64,000 nucleotides of DNA from the human T2T-CHM13v2.0 reference genome, Homo sapiens: NCBI RefSeq assembly GCF_009914755.1, contig NC_060927.1. One strand, given 5' to 3'. The position numbers were made by a program, and so were the translations under genes. The notes under the pieces were generated by a model. It made no database searches, was not told the DNA's origin, and worked only from the letters and a program-made list of their open reading frames with translations. This document shows positions 1 to 20,899 of this stretch, one piece after another (the first letter of the stretch is position 1; every line of letters begins with the position of its first letter).

Positions 1-106
1 CTGGGAGGATGAAAGACCCCAGTCCTGAAAGCAGCTTGTCTGCTCACTGAACATCAAAGAGTTCAGCATGGCTACAGTGGAGTGAGCAAGGGGGAGAGAA
101 GAAAGG

Positions 107-188
107 AAAGGAGATGAGAAAGGTAACATTGGGCCAAGTCATGGATGAAAGGAGAACAGAAAGGTAACATTGGGCCAAGTCATGGATG
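107..188. repeat. 41-bp tandem duplication (31-bp perfect core at 117-147 and 158-188) in L2-like sequence
   Basis: AGAAAGGTAACATTGGGCCAAGTCATGGATG occurs twice. Confidence 0.9.
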
Positions 189-249
189 TTCTGGTAAGCT
201 TTTACTGTGAAAGTTGGTGCCACTGCAGTTTTGAGAAGACATCTGACAC

Positions 250-830
250 TCTTCCTGCTGAGCAGCATCAATTTTCCCTCCAGGTTAGAGGCTTCTCTTG
301 CTTTCTGGTTCCTGAACACAGGGAATGCAAAGTGCCCTGATGGTAGCCATGGCTTGTAGTTCAATGGGACCCTGGTTGTGTCCACAGAAAGACAGCATCC
401 CTTTGTGGATCAGGACCTGCAGCTCTGCAGAGCTCAGAGTTGCAGGGATGGGAGAACAAAATCCCAGTAAGTCAGTAGGAGTAATAGTAAGTGGGGCTAC
501 TTCTACTTCCACCTCTTGGTGGAACCTATATATTCTTCCTACGTGGGAACAAGTCTGACATCTCTAATTGAGGGCGTATACTGCATCCTTATAGATGGCC
601 CCATCTTTGCAGGAAATTGCATCCAAGCTGGCGTTTCAGCTGTGCTTTCAGTAAGCCATTTTCACCCTTTATGAGGCCAGCTGCTTTGGGTTCGTATTGT
701 AAGGGATAAAACCACTGGATTCTGTGATCATGGCCTACCCCTGCACCTCCTTCACTGTGAAGTGGGTCCCCGGTCAGATGTCATGTGGTGTAGGAATATA
801 TGCCTATGCATAAGGCATTCTGAAAGCCCT
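250..830 (-). mobile_element. ERVL-class endogenous retrovirus internal remnant (end of pol / dUTPase-like region)
   Basis: Minus-strand translation EVEVAPLTITPTDLLGF..PIPATLSSAELQVL resembles, from memory, the HERV-L segment EVEVAPLTITPSDPL..PVPATLRSAGLEVL. Frameshifted and decayed. Confidence 0.65.
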
Positions 831-909
831 CAGACAGTGATGCTGCCTGAGGCTCTTGGAGTAGGAAAGGCACAAGTCAAAATGTTATCTACTTCACACG
901 TGCAGGACA

Positions 910-1445
<536 letters not shown>

Positions 1446-1459
1446 GACGTAGTTCATTC

Positions 1460-2290
1460 TTCCACCTCCTTCAGAGTAAAATCTCTTTGTCCTTTATCAG
1501 GCCCAGCCTACCCTCAGCCAGGTTATACTGAAACTTGACCCTGGCTATAACCTGGCAGCCACAAGAGGATGTAGAGGCACTTTCTTGGGGGTGGGAGGCT
1601 GTTGTTTTTAAGCAGGAAAAAAAAAAAGTTCTGGTATATGCAGTATTTTCCACATGTGGAAACTACTGGTTCTCAGTAGGGAGGCTACCTCTGCGAGCTC
1701 CCTCTGGGGTCCCAAAGGAGTCTGCAGAGCCACATTTCACAGGGCCATCCACCTAGATGTCCCTGCCTCACTTTTCAGGTTCCAGGCCCCATGTTTTTCC
1801 AACCAGATTCCTGAATTTAGCATAGGAGATCTACTTTGGCTGAGCATCCAAACATCTGTGGTGGAACTCTGGGTTCTGCCGCTCAGCTGGGTCTGCTCTT
1901 GCACGGCAGGAGAAGACTTCTTTGCAAACTACCAAAGAGACCCTCTGGCTCTCACACTTGGTTCTCAGCTGTTTATTAACTGCTCTCAGTTTCTCATTAT
2001 CCCTTGTAGAGAGGGTCAGTGCAGCTTGGTAATAACCAGCCAATTCCATTATCCTTGCATTCATTGTTCCTCTACACTTTTCAAACTCCTGAGTCAGCAT
2101 GCTGGCACAGGCGTTCCTTTTCACCTGGACATTTTCCCAGGTCACTGCCAGTAACATTTTTAGCAGCTGGGCCTTGTGCCCAAAAATAATCAAACCCCAC
2201 TCAAGATGGGATCCTTATCACCAGGCAGGCAGTGAGTGACCCAGTCCCCAAACTCCACTTTACCACCTGCTTTCTCAGACTACTCACACT
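1460..2290 (-). mobile_element. ERVL-class internal remnant (gag-like N-terminal coiled coil)
   Basis: ORF 1831-2193(-) RDNEKLRAVNKQLRTKCESQRVSLVVCKEVFSCRARADPAERQ resembles the ERVL/MaLR gag N-terminal helix. Decayed. Confidence 0.6.
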
Positions 2291-2960
2291 ACCAATTGTG
2301 TCAGTGTGGTTCCTCTTAAAAAGAGATGCCAAGATGTCATTAAAAATGCAAGAGAAAGCCAGGCATGGTGGTGCACCTGTAGTTGCAGTTGAGCCCAGGA
2401 GTTCAAAGCCAACCTGGGTAACCGCGAGATCTCACCTCTAAAAAGAAAAAGAAAAGAAAAAAAAACATTAAAAAGGAAAAAAAGGAAAAAAAAAGAGAGA
2501 AAAAAGGAGAAAAAGAGAAAAAAGGAAAAGAAAAAAAAAGAATAAAAAAAAAGAAAAAGAAATGCAAGAAATCCTATGGGGTTGGGGGGAGGGTCACACC
2601 TGTGAAACCCCAAGGAGAGAGGGAATAGGAAGGAATCAGAAGGGAAAGCCTCCAAACTGAATACAAGTCCTACCTGTGGAAGGAGGGAGGCAGGAAGGAA
2701 CATGGAGGAGGAAAAGCCTCTGAGTCTGGTACTGCACTGAGAAAGTCTAGTCCAGGTCAACCAGAAGTCCAGAGCAAAGGCTTCTTATTAGAGGAGTTAT
2801 GCATTGAGCCAAAATGGTGAACCCTATTCTTCCCACCAGGTTCAATCATTTGTTGGAGCTGCCCAGGAAGAGCGTGGCCTCAGTTGGAACACTGGCCAAT
2901 CCTACAAGAGCTCTGCTGTGGGCTCTCCATTGACTGTACACCTTGAGGCAGGTTCTGTCT
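2290..2960 (-). mobile_element. ERVL LTR (LTR16-like), interrupted by an Alu monomer with an expanded A-rich tail
   Basis: Lies directly 5' of the gag remnant. The stretch gagaaagtctagtccagg...gagcaaaggc...ttagaggagt resembles LTR16-family sequence. An Alu-like segment (2358-2438) is followed by an A/G-rich tract (2439-2568). Confidence 0.45.
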
Positions 2961-2989
2961 TGAAGAGCAATCTCAGCACATACTCCCGG

Positions 2990-3480
2990 GCTGCCACACT
3001 GTGGCCAAGAAGGTCCTCCATGATCTAGCCCCTGCCTTCCTTTCTGATCTCTTCTTCCATCAAATTGTCCTTTGCTCACCATGCTCTGGCCATGGTATCC
3101 TTCTTACTGCTCCTGGAACACATCAAGCACAGCCCTACCTCAGGGTCTTTGTACTTGCTGTTCCTTCTACCTGCAATATCCTACTTTTTTCAAAGCTGGC
3201 TCTTTCTTGTCATGCAGGTCTCAGTACAAACCTTATCTCCTCAGAGGAACCTTCCCTGATTCTCAAATGCAAAATAACCCTTTCCCATTCTGCTCTTTTA
3301 CCTCACCTCCTTTATTGTCTTTATAGCTCTTGTCACTATCTGAAATGATTTCTTTTGTTCCTCTGTCTCCCCATGGGGGCAGCTATAGCATCTTCAGGAT
3401 TCAATGCTGTAACCTCAATGGCTAGAACAACACTTGGTATGTATAAGTGCTAAGTAAATATTTACTGAATGAATGAATAT
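2990..3480 (+). mobile_element. L2 3' fragment
   Basis: Typical L2 motifs (cagggtctttgtacttgctgttcc) ending in aaatatttactgaatgaatgaat. Confidence 0.7.
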
Positions 3481-3542
3481 ATCATCCAATGAATAAAAAC
3501 CTTCATGGTCTTGGTCCAAGTAGAAACTTGCTGCCTGACAGT

Positions 3543-3650
3543 GTTATACTCACATAGACATTTGAAATGTGGCTTTCCATTTTTACATCCAGGAGGGTTA
3601 TACTCACATAGACATTTGAAATGTGGCTTTCCATTTTTACATCCAGGAGG
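3543..3650. repeat. Perfect 54-bp tandem duplication
   Basis: GTTATACTCACATAGACATTTGAAATGTGGCTTTCCATTTTTACATCCAGGAGG at 3543-3596 and 3597-3650. Confidence 0.95.
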
Positions 3651-4102
3651 GCCTGCAAGATGGATATAATAGTACCCAAGGATTGTATGAAGATTCTCAT
3701 TAATTCATTAGACAAGTGTTTATTGAGTGTCAACTAGTAGCCAAGCACTATTCCAGGCACTGAGAATACATCAGTGAAAAAAAAACAGAAAAGAATTCTT
3801 GCCCTTGTGAAAATGACATTAAATAACTTAAACCATGTGACATACAACATTGCTTGGTGCATAAGAATAGCTCAAGAGTTTTTAGTTATGATTATTTCTA
3901 TTGTCAACCCATTTAATATCTAAACTGAGCATTTCAAAGTATTTTAAAAAAAAAAAAAAAGGACACCTTCCTCTATACTTAGAGAGTAAAAGAGAGAAGT
4001 CCAAATAATTAGAGGTAGAAAAAAATTTTTCATATGGTTCTTTCTTTGGACTGTCTTTGGAGCCCTTTATTGGTGAAATTATCTGATTGGAAAGCCTATT
4101 AA

Positions 4103-4558
<456 letters not shown>

Positions 4559-4649
4559 TGAAAGCACCGGGGTGGGGGTGGAGGGCATGGGGAAAGACTT
4601 CCTTAAAGAAAATGCAAAGAAAAGATACATTTTAAGAATACACAGGACA

Positions 4650-5310
4650 GAAGCTGCAGACAACAGAAAGATTAGTTTCAGAAGGCACTGGCACGTTGTG
4701 AAAAACAGAACCAGGAGTTGGCTTAGAGGCTGCAGCAGCTCTGGGACCTCAGCAGCGGACTTTCTTGAACTTCACTCTGCTGCTCTCCTGGTTCACTCCC
4801 CAGCTCTCCAAGGTCTGCTTTTCCCTGCACACTTATTTTTTCTCTTCCAGTTGGCTTGCCTTCCTCCCCCCTCCTCGTTGTCTTTTTGTCATTGTTGTTT
4901 TTGGCTTCACAGCTTCTGCTTAGTCACAGTTCCCGTTCCCAGCATGTTCCTGACCCTTCATGGCCTCAATGCTACTGCACAGCCTCATTCAGCATCACTG
5001 TTTCCCCATTCACCTGCCACAAAGGGGAAGCCTGGTTTGCCCAGCTCCTCTTTCTCTCACCACAAGACACCATAGACCAATAGGAAGCCTATGCTTTAGC
5101 TGCATTTGAGTCACGTAGCTATTTCTGGTCCAATCAGTTGCAATTGGGTCAGGCAAACCTGTAGCTTGCATCAGACTCACTTAGGGGCCTTCTTAAAGCA
5201 ATGATTGCTGGGGATGCCACCATATTCAGTACGTCTTGGGTGGGACCCAAAAATTCACATTTCTGACAAGCTCCAAGATGATGCTAATCCATACATTTTG
5301 CAAACTACTG
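4650..5310. mobile_element. Old MaLR (MLT1-like) LTR fragment followed by a MER5-type hAT element (about 5160-5310)
   Basis: ctggtccaatcag is typical of old MLT1 LTRs; gcatcagactcac...catttctgacaagctcc is typical of MER5A. Confidence 0.45.
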
Positions 5311-6504
5311 CGTTCACAAAATAAGCCACTAGTTCTACCCCTTACTACCTGTGCTGGGTGGGGCACTTTTCTCTTAGCAATGCTAGCAGCATTACAGGCA
5401 TTGTGATGGACAACTCCAGTACAGCCTGTAATTATTCTCCTCCAAACTTACCGTTTGTCTTCCTGATGTTCCTGGGCAGTGGTGTTTGGAGAGAAGGGTG
5501 AGAAGTAGCCAGAACGGCACCAAAAGAAATTTAGAGCAAGTGAAAGATGCTTTATGTGCCTTTGGAAAGAGAGAGGAAGAAATAATAGAAGAAATCACAG
5601 TCATGAGTCTCTTTTAGAGCCTAGATATCACAATGTTTGAAGTCAGATAAAATGAGGGAGAAAAATGGTTCCCAACTTTTTCACAAATGAGAGCTCAATT
5701 GTAGAGAGGAGATATATATGTCTTTGTATATATATATATTTCAGATGTTCATTCAATAGCAGTTTTACGTTTAGGGTTCTTTTTTTTAGAAAATGGAATG
5801 TCAAGATGCTGCTGTGAGGCAGTCCATTAGCAAAGGAAACTGCATATTAAATCACATCAGAAGCACCTGTATATATTTGAAGGTACAAATATACATCACC
5901 TTTTCAGACCTCAGCTAGTGCTTAACATAGGAGTGAACTCTCAATCCTTGTAATTACTCTGTGGTTTCCCAGGGATGTGTGACTAAGGGGATCCCCTAAG
6001 GTGGCTTAGGGGTTCAGTGAGGAAGTAACTTCTTTCCAGGAAGACTTACTTCTACTTAGAGCAGTCTTGACTAGTGTAATACAAAGAGTCCTAGAGTTAG
6101 AGTCAAAGACTGGACTTTGGGTCCTGGAATTTATTTAGGGGACTTTAGGTTTAGTCACAAAGCTTCTGTAAGCCTGAGTTTCTTCTTCTTGCCTACTTCA
6201 TAACAGTGCTCCATTGAAATCAAGTAGGCAGTTATAAGAAGGAAAATAAACACTAGATGAGATTATTATGGTATTACTTTGCTTATAAGACAAATTTCCA
6301 TCCTAGTTTATGGTTCTGAAATCTAGACGTATTTTTTGAGCTATGGATGCCTATAATGTGGTAGTACTTCCTCTTCCCTAAAAAAAAAAATGTTTTTAAA
6401 GCAGAGGTTTATATTTTAGCAAATGGTCTTGGAACAAAGGAAAAATGGCTTTATATATTCCTCTAATTGATAAATAATATATGAATTCATTATCTCTTTT
6501 TTTC

Positions 6505-6976
6505 CTGTCTCACCTGTAAATATGCCACCTTACATGGTAAAAAGGACTTTGCAGATATGATTCAGTTAAGGTCCTTGAGATGGGGAGATAACCTGGATTA
6601 TCCTGAAGGTCTCAACGTCATCACAAGAGTCCTTATAAGCAGGAGAACCCCTCCTGGCTGTGGTCAGCAAGATGCAACAATGTGGTCAGAAAGCATGGAA
6701 CAATGGTCAGAAACATGCAACATTGTTGGTTTTGCACATGGAGGAAGGAAGCCAAGGGCCAAGGAATGTGGGTGGCTGTCACAAGCTGGGCAAGGCAAAG
6801 GAACATTTTCCTCTAGAGCCCCCAGAAAGGAACACAACCCTGATAACACTTTGATTTTGGCCTAATGAGCCTCAGATTGGACTTCTGACCTATGAAACTG
6901 TAAGATAATACATTTGTATTGTTTAAGCAACTAAGTTTGTGATCATTTGTAATGGCAGCAAGGGGAAACTAATCCA
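6505..6976 (+). mobile_element. MaLR LTR (MLT1D-like)
   Basis: accttacatggtaaaaaggactttgcagat...ttgagatggggagat...tggacttctgacct...aactgtaagataata...gaaactaatcca. Confidence 0.8.
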
Positions 6977-7499
6977 AATATTTCAGTTCCACCATCATCA
7001 CTAGGTGCAGGCTGGAATTCAGAGGCAAAAGGGTCAATAGATGTGTGCCCTCCATCCTCTTGGCATCCTTTGGGGAGTCAGGTAATGTGCTTTGGCTATG
7101 ACACAGCTGGACCACAGTGGGACTGTGACCAGAGGAGGGACTCTGCCCCTCAACCTCTCACCATGCTCCCTTTTTGCCAGGAAAGTGGGAGAGTGGTCTT
7201 GCATGGGGTAGAGGTGGTGATAACCATTTGGGGCTCAGGCACAGATAGTCTGAGTTCAGATGTCAGCGTTAATGGGAATTTTGAGAAATGCTAACTGTCC
7301 TGACTTGGAGATACCAGGGGAGTCTCTGAAACACCATGGGGTTCTCAGCCCTCCCACTGAGAGATAGGAAACCTCGGGTCCCAGCAAGTTCCTGGCCAAA
7401 AACACAAAGTTTTTGGAGTCATTTCCCAGACAATCTTTATAGTTCTCTGGTTACATGTGTGGTCTTTGTGCATGTAAAGCATAGCAAGGTGCAATTAAT

Positions 7500-8150
7500 T
7501 CTCTAACTTCAGCATCCATCAATCACCTGGAGGGCTGGTTGGAACATAGATTGCTGGTCCCCACCCTGGGAATTTCTAATTCAGTAGATTTGAGGTGCAG
7601 GTTGAGAATTTGTTTTTTGTTTGTTTGTTTTTTTTTAAAGACAGAGTCTCACTTTGTCACAGAGGCTAAAGTACAGTGGCACAGTCATAGCTCACTGTGC
7701 AGCCTTATGCACAACTAATTTTTAAAAATTTTTTTACAGAGATGGAGAGTCTCATTCTGTTGCCTGGGCTGGTCTTGAACTCCTGGCCTCAAGCAGTCCT
7801 CCTGCCTTGACCTCCCAAAGAGCTGGGATTACAGGTGATGAGCCACTGCCCAGTCCAAGAATTTGCATTTCTTTCAGTTTCCCAGGTAGTGCTGATTTGC
7901 TGCTGGTCTGAGGACTACCATTTGAGCACCATGGAAATAGTGGATAAGAGTTTAGGATTCAGGCCATCCTTGCTGCTTCCAGGTTGAATGATCTTGGGCG
8001 GCTTACTTAAATTTTGGAATTCTTAATTTTCTTCATCTATCAAATAGAGTAAATAAAACCCGCCTCCTAGGATTGTGATGAGGATTAAATATGATGATCT
8101 ATGTGAAGGACTTAGCACATAGTAAGACCTTAATAGTTTCTATTATAATG
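7500..8150. mobile_element. MER5A interrupted by an AluJ (about 7612-7857, minus), followed by a MIR
   Basis: MER5A motifs (aatcacctggaggg; ttgcatttct...ttcccaggt) flank the Alu; MIR core at 7935-8150. Confidence 0.65.
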
Positions 8151-8945
8151 TGTTACCATTATTATAATTAATGACAAGTTCTTAAGTAGCATACAAGGCA
8201 CCCAGAGGCACACCCATGGATAAGCCAACAGGGATGATAAATGTCCGCTCACAAACCGCTCACCTCACAACAGTGAGAGCTTTCTCCAAGTCTCCTGCCC
8301 ATGGAATGTCATTTAACTTTGTAACTCAAAGGACTCCCAGAGGAAAGAGTCTGAATATAATGCTTTACCCACAAAACAGAATGAAGAGGAAGCAGAAAAT
8401 TTTCAAATATTTTGTGAAAATTTGTCGAACAATAGAAAGAGGAAACTCATTTGGGTGTGATGCAATGGCTACAGAAATGAATAGACGTAAACTGGGCCAG
8501 GAGCAAACTAATTTGGAAATAATTTCGGAGAAGAAAAAGGAACTATGCCATGCTCTTTCCTCTGGGAAATCTGACAAGAAAGTAAGAACTGGGTTTTTTT
8601 CTCCTCCTTGTTCTGGGATAATTGGTATTATCATTATGTGAAAAAAGAAAAAGCCACCTGAAGGACCCCATTTTCCTTCCACTATGAGGAGTTCATTCTC
8701 TGGATCACAGCAGCAGCAGAACAGGGTAGGTCACTGGGAAACTAGGACAGGCTTGTGATCTCCCCCATGGAAAAGTGTCTCTTTCCTGGTGACAATTGGG
8801 CATATCAATGGACAATAACCCAGTGGAATAAAACTCTACTGTAATAAACAGTGAATTTATTATAACATAACATATAATACACTAAGTAGCATTAGGACTT
8901 TAATCATGCCTTTTGTTTAAAAAAATTTTTTTAAATAAAGAACTA

Positions 8946-9272
8946 GGCTGGGTGCAGTGGCTCCCGCCTATAATCTCAGCACTTTGGGAGACCAAGGCAG
9001 GTGGATCACCTGAGGTCAGGAGTTTGAGACCAGCCTGGCCAACATGGTAAAAGCCCGTCTCTACTAAAAATACAAAATTTACAAAATACAAAAATTAGCC
9101 AGGTGTGGTGGCACGCGTCTGTAGTCCCAGCTACTCTGGAGGCTGAGGCATGAGAATCCTTGAACCCTGGAGGTGGAGGTTGCACTGAGCCAAGATTGCG
9201 CCACTGCACTCCGGCCTGGATGTGTCTCAAAAAATGAATGAAAGAATGAATGAATGAATAAATAAATAAATA
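8946..9272 (+). mobile_element. AluS
   Basis: Full dimer with cacctgaggtcaggag and an (AATG/AATA)n tail. Confidence 0.9.
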
Positions 9273-10319
9273 ACTGGTAAAGCGAATAGATAGAAAAGTT
9301 TGCTAAATTTATTTAGTAGTTTAAATCCCAGTAATCTGAGAGTCAACAGACTGAACTCAAGCCTGGGGTCAGGAAGCTCAGCCTCTCATCCCAGCATAGT
9401 CTGTCTTTGGTTGTGTGATCTGGAAGGCTCTTCAGGTGTCAGTTCCTTATCAGTGCAAGAAGGGATTGAGTAGATCACTAACATTTCTACAATTTTCATT
9501 ATCAAGCATCCTTTTATAAATGTCACTTTTCAATCAAAAGACTTCGCATTGCGAATAACTTTGTATAACCAGCTATTTAATTAAGTATCTTTGCTTGCAA
9601 GGAGTAAAGACACATTAATAAAAATAGACTGTAGTATTAATTAATAATAGTTCTCATTTATTGGTACTTACTATGTGCTGAGCACTTAGATTTCATGTGG
9701 TTCTTTCAACAATCCTATGAAGGAAGTTCTATCATGATGCCAGTTGGACAGATTAGGGGAGCGAGGCTCAGAGAGTTTAAATGACTTGCCCAAGTCAGAA
9801 GGCTAGTAGGTGGTGTGGTAAACTGAGGTTTGAATGTGGGTCTTGAACCTCTGCAGTCTGGTGGTGGCACCTCACACAATGGTGGTGGCATATTGCGATC
9901 CTCCAAATGCCTCGGGGTTGGATCTGTAAATTACCAGGAATTCAGACAATTTTCGGGACTGTACACCGGGACATCACTCACAGAATTTCTCCTTCTCCAT
10001 GGCGTCTGTGTTCTCCTCTCACTACCTACCTATCTTTCTCCGTTGCTTCATGGTTACTTCTGCTCCTTCACCACGACAATTTGCTTGTTGCTCATCCAAC
10101 CCCTATGACCGAAAATTCAGGCCTCACAGTCATTTGCCCTAGTCTCTGTTTCACCACTTAAATCTAAAGAGCAGGAATTTCATTGACCCAGGGCATATTT
10201 TACATAAGGCAATGCTGCAGGTTGTCAAGCATGGGGCCTGAGATGCACCCTAAATGGTACAAAATAAAGCAGAGTGGTCTGTGAATGGACCAATGTCCTT
10301 TAACAATTAATTAATAATA

Positions 10320-10542
10320 GCCTGGAGTCCAGGAGTTCTAGACCAGCCTGACCAATATAGTGAGACCTCATCTATACAAAAAAAAAATCTGTAAATTAGC
10401 TGAGCATGGTGGCATGCGCCTGTAGTCCCAGCTACTCAGAAGGCTGAGGCAAGAAGATCACTTGAGCCCAGGAGGCAGAGGCTGCAGTGAGCCAAGATTG
10501 TGCCAGTGTACTCCAGCCTGGGCAATACAGCCAGACTCTGTC

Positions 10543-10576
<34 letters not shown>
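10320..10576 (+). mobile_element. AluJ (5' truncated) with an (AAT)n microsatellite tail at 10543-10576
   Basis: Alu body followed by about 11 AAT units. Confidence 0.85.
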
Positions 10577-10734
10577 GCTACTACTTATTTTTGCTTTTTA
10601 AGTTAGAGGCTTTTTACCAGGATTTTCTCTTTATAGCAACAATCCAGTGAGGTAGAAACTATATTGGTCCCTTCTCACATAAGCAATTTACCTAAACTAG
10701 TAAATGGCAAATCCCAGGATTCAGATCCAACTTT

Positions 10735-11885
<1,151 letters not shown>

Positions 11886-11989
11886 AAAATCTAGGCACTT
11901 TGAGTCTACTGTACTTATGGGCATGGTAAACTTCTTGAAGTCTGGCCTGTCTAGGATATAGATAACTTACTAGTTAGTATTGGCTATGT

Positions 11990-18159
<6,170 letters not shown>

Positions 18160-20234
18160 TATCTAAATAAATTATTATACTGGAAGCTGCAAATTTGCTA
18201 ATGTTATTATTTCTTCTACATGTATTAGCTGAATTATTCTGTAAGGAAGAGCTTTATGTTTTTTCTTTGATACACAGATTTCATTTCAGTTTAAACACTA
18301 GGATAAGACAAAAAAGCCTTTTCCAAGATTTCTTCAAGTCCCCAGATCTAGCTTGTCTACCAGAGCAATTTAGGATGACAGTCTTGCAGATGGGAGGCAG
18401 GAGATGGGGTAGTTAATAATAGACCCCTGGCTCTGCATGTTTTACAGGAAAATAATGAATAAGAAAATAATAGTTCTCTTTACTTGCTTACATGATTCTA
18501 GACAACACTGGCAGCAATCATCAGAGATGGTATAGCAGCTACTTCCATATTGCATAGAGTACTAAGAATTCTTAATTTTTGCATTATTTTGTAGTTATCA
18601 TGCTGCCTTCCAGATTTTAAATTATTGACATTTTGTCCATGTTCCCTCCACTCACAAGGTGACTGACCAGCAGTTTCTTCCGCACTTCAGAGATAGGACA
18701 ACAAAAATAGGCCCTCTTGCTGTGTCTTCTCTCATTCTCACAGGATATCTAGAGCCTGGATTCAGAAAACATCTTACTTTCTATAGCTCCATACCAAGTC
18801 GTCCTCTCTCCTGCCCTTGTTCGAATAGCAACTCCACTTTTTCCATGTCAAGTAGGGTTGATTAAGTGTCTGTAGGTCATTTCTTCTGGTCATCTTTGTA
18901 AGTTCCAATTAGCCAGTAAGTGCTGAATGCTTACTCTGTATCCAGAGCAGAACAAGATGCTGCAAAGGGTCCTACATTTATAGGACTTAGTCCCTATCTT
19001 CAAAGAGGTTATCTGAATGGTGAGACAAAAATCACCGAAAAATACAGCTAAAAGATAATCTAGTCTTGTGGGAGTATCTATGAATGATTTTTAGAGGACT
19101 GGTACAAGAAACTTAAGAACTGGTGCAGAAATTTGCAGTATCTGTGTTGTGCTGGGGCAAGTGCCCATGGATTTTGTGAGTTTCCACGAGGGCTGTGACT
19201 CTATCCCTCCACCATAAAACATTCACAATGACCAAGAGAGACTAGTTGGACTAGCTATGCAGTAGCTATTTGTCTTTGCTGATGTTTTCCATGGTCAATG
19301 GTAGTCCATCACATTAGATAATATAGTGTCAGTGCCAAAATATAGATTGAATTCTATGATTGGGTGTTGGACATTCTTTCTTGCCATTTAAGTGTCATTT
19401 AGAGTTATTAATTAAAGCACTCAAGGCTCATTGTGACATTCATAGGTGATTCTGTTCTTTTTTTTTAAATTTTTTACAGGTACATAGTAGGTGTATACAT
19501 TTTGGGGTACATATTTTGATATAGGCATGCAATGTGAAATAAGCGCATCATGGAGAATGGGCTATCCATCCCCCTCAAACATTTATTCTTTGAGTCACAA
19601 TCCAATTACACTCCATAGGCAATTGAAATCTTATGCCTGAGAGAAAATTGGGAATAGTGCTGCCCCAATAATCTGAAGTTTGGTTTGGAACTGAGTACTG
19701 TATCAGGACGCATCAACATTATCTCCATTCTTGTCAATAATATTCTCTTACTTTAGTATAGCGAGGGTGAGTTTGCAAAGCCCTTTCATGTCCTATGACC
19801 CATTGACCCAGTGAGATTGACAAGGCAAGGATTGTTAGTATCACTTTATCAAACAAAACAAAACAGGATATAAATGGTACAGCTGGGTGTCAAAACCATT
19901 TTCTCCGATCCCTCCTTTCTCCAGCTTATCTTGCTCTCTTAACCAGGGCAGCATTTGAGGTGGGCTTCTAGGCAGATGAATTCAGTTAGAGTTTTCAGCT
20001 GTGTACTGCTGATGAAACCTGCTTCTATTTGTAGGTCTTCCCTGGGGGTAGGCTCAAGTGCTAGTTTTGGACTTTCTTCAGACTTCTGCTCAGTCTATGA
20101 TACTGTACTGACCTTGCAAAGCCCTCGTAGTTCCCTGCATGAACATTTCAAGGGCAAAGTCATAAATGGCCATTTTAATGGGCTGGTCATCATCTCGAAT
20201 TGTGATCCTGGGAATCAGATTCTTGGTTTTCTAG

Positions 20235-20525
20235 ATCAGTGCTGCATAATATATGATATGAGCTATACATGTAATTTTTAATTTCCTAGTAGCTATATTA
20301 AAAAAGGAAAAAGCAGGTAAAATAAATTCTAATAATCTATTTTATTTAACACAAATATCCAAAATATTACCACTTCAACATGTAATCACTATACAAATTA
20401 AGATATTTTGCTTTTTTTTGTACTAAGTCTTTGAAATTCAATGTGTTAACATCTATTTCACATCTCAGAACTAGCCACATCTTACGTGCCTAAATGGCTA
20501 GTAGTCACTATACTGGAAAACACAG
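20235..20525. mobile_element. MER33-like hAT-Charlie element
   Basis: catgtaatttttaatttcctagtagc...atccaaaatattaccacttcaacatgtaatc...ctagccacat. Confidence 0.65.
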
Positions 20526-20899
20526 GGATAGAAAATTCTTCTAGAAAAAAATAGTGAAGAGAAAGCAGCTCCTTTCCCTCTACTGATAACAGAGAATGAG
20601 TTAGGCAGTGACCCTTATATTCTGACATTAATCATCATAATTTATCAGTCATACATCATCATAGAGAACCTCTTCACATCATAGCAAAATTACTTTCTAG
20701 TGACCTAGCAGCTTCTAGACCTTAAAAATGTTGAATAGGATTATCCATACATACAGGCGGAGAAAATAGGCTATGATAGAGATGGGCTACGAGGTGTTGC
20801 ATGCTCCAAAAATATGGTCATGTATCCTGCCATATGCCTGACACACCTTCCATTAAAACATCTTCTTAACAAACTTTTTTTTTTTTTTTTTAACACATC

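Noticed and set aside
1831-2193. gag-like ORF as a domesticated retroviral gene
   Set aside because: Short, non-ATG start, and the flanking homology is frameshifted. Best explained as a decayed ERVL remnant.
2284-2760. 158-aa Phe-rich, membrane-like ORF
   Set aside because: It is the translation of the A-rich Alu tail on the opposite strand.
3543-3650. Direct repeats (also 107-188, 55345-55400, 59395-59420) as CRISPR-like arrays
   Set aside because: Two or three adjacent copies without unique spacers, in eukaryotic DNA with no cas genes. They are simple tandem duplications.
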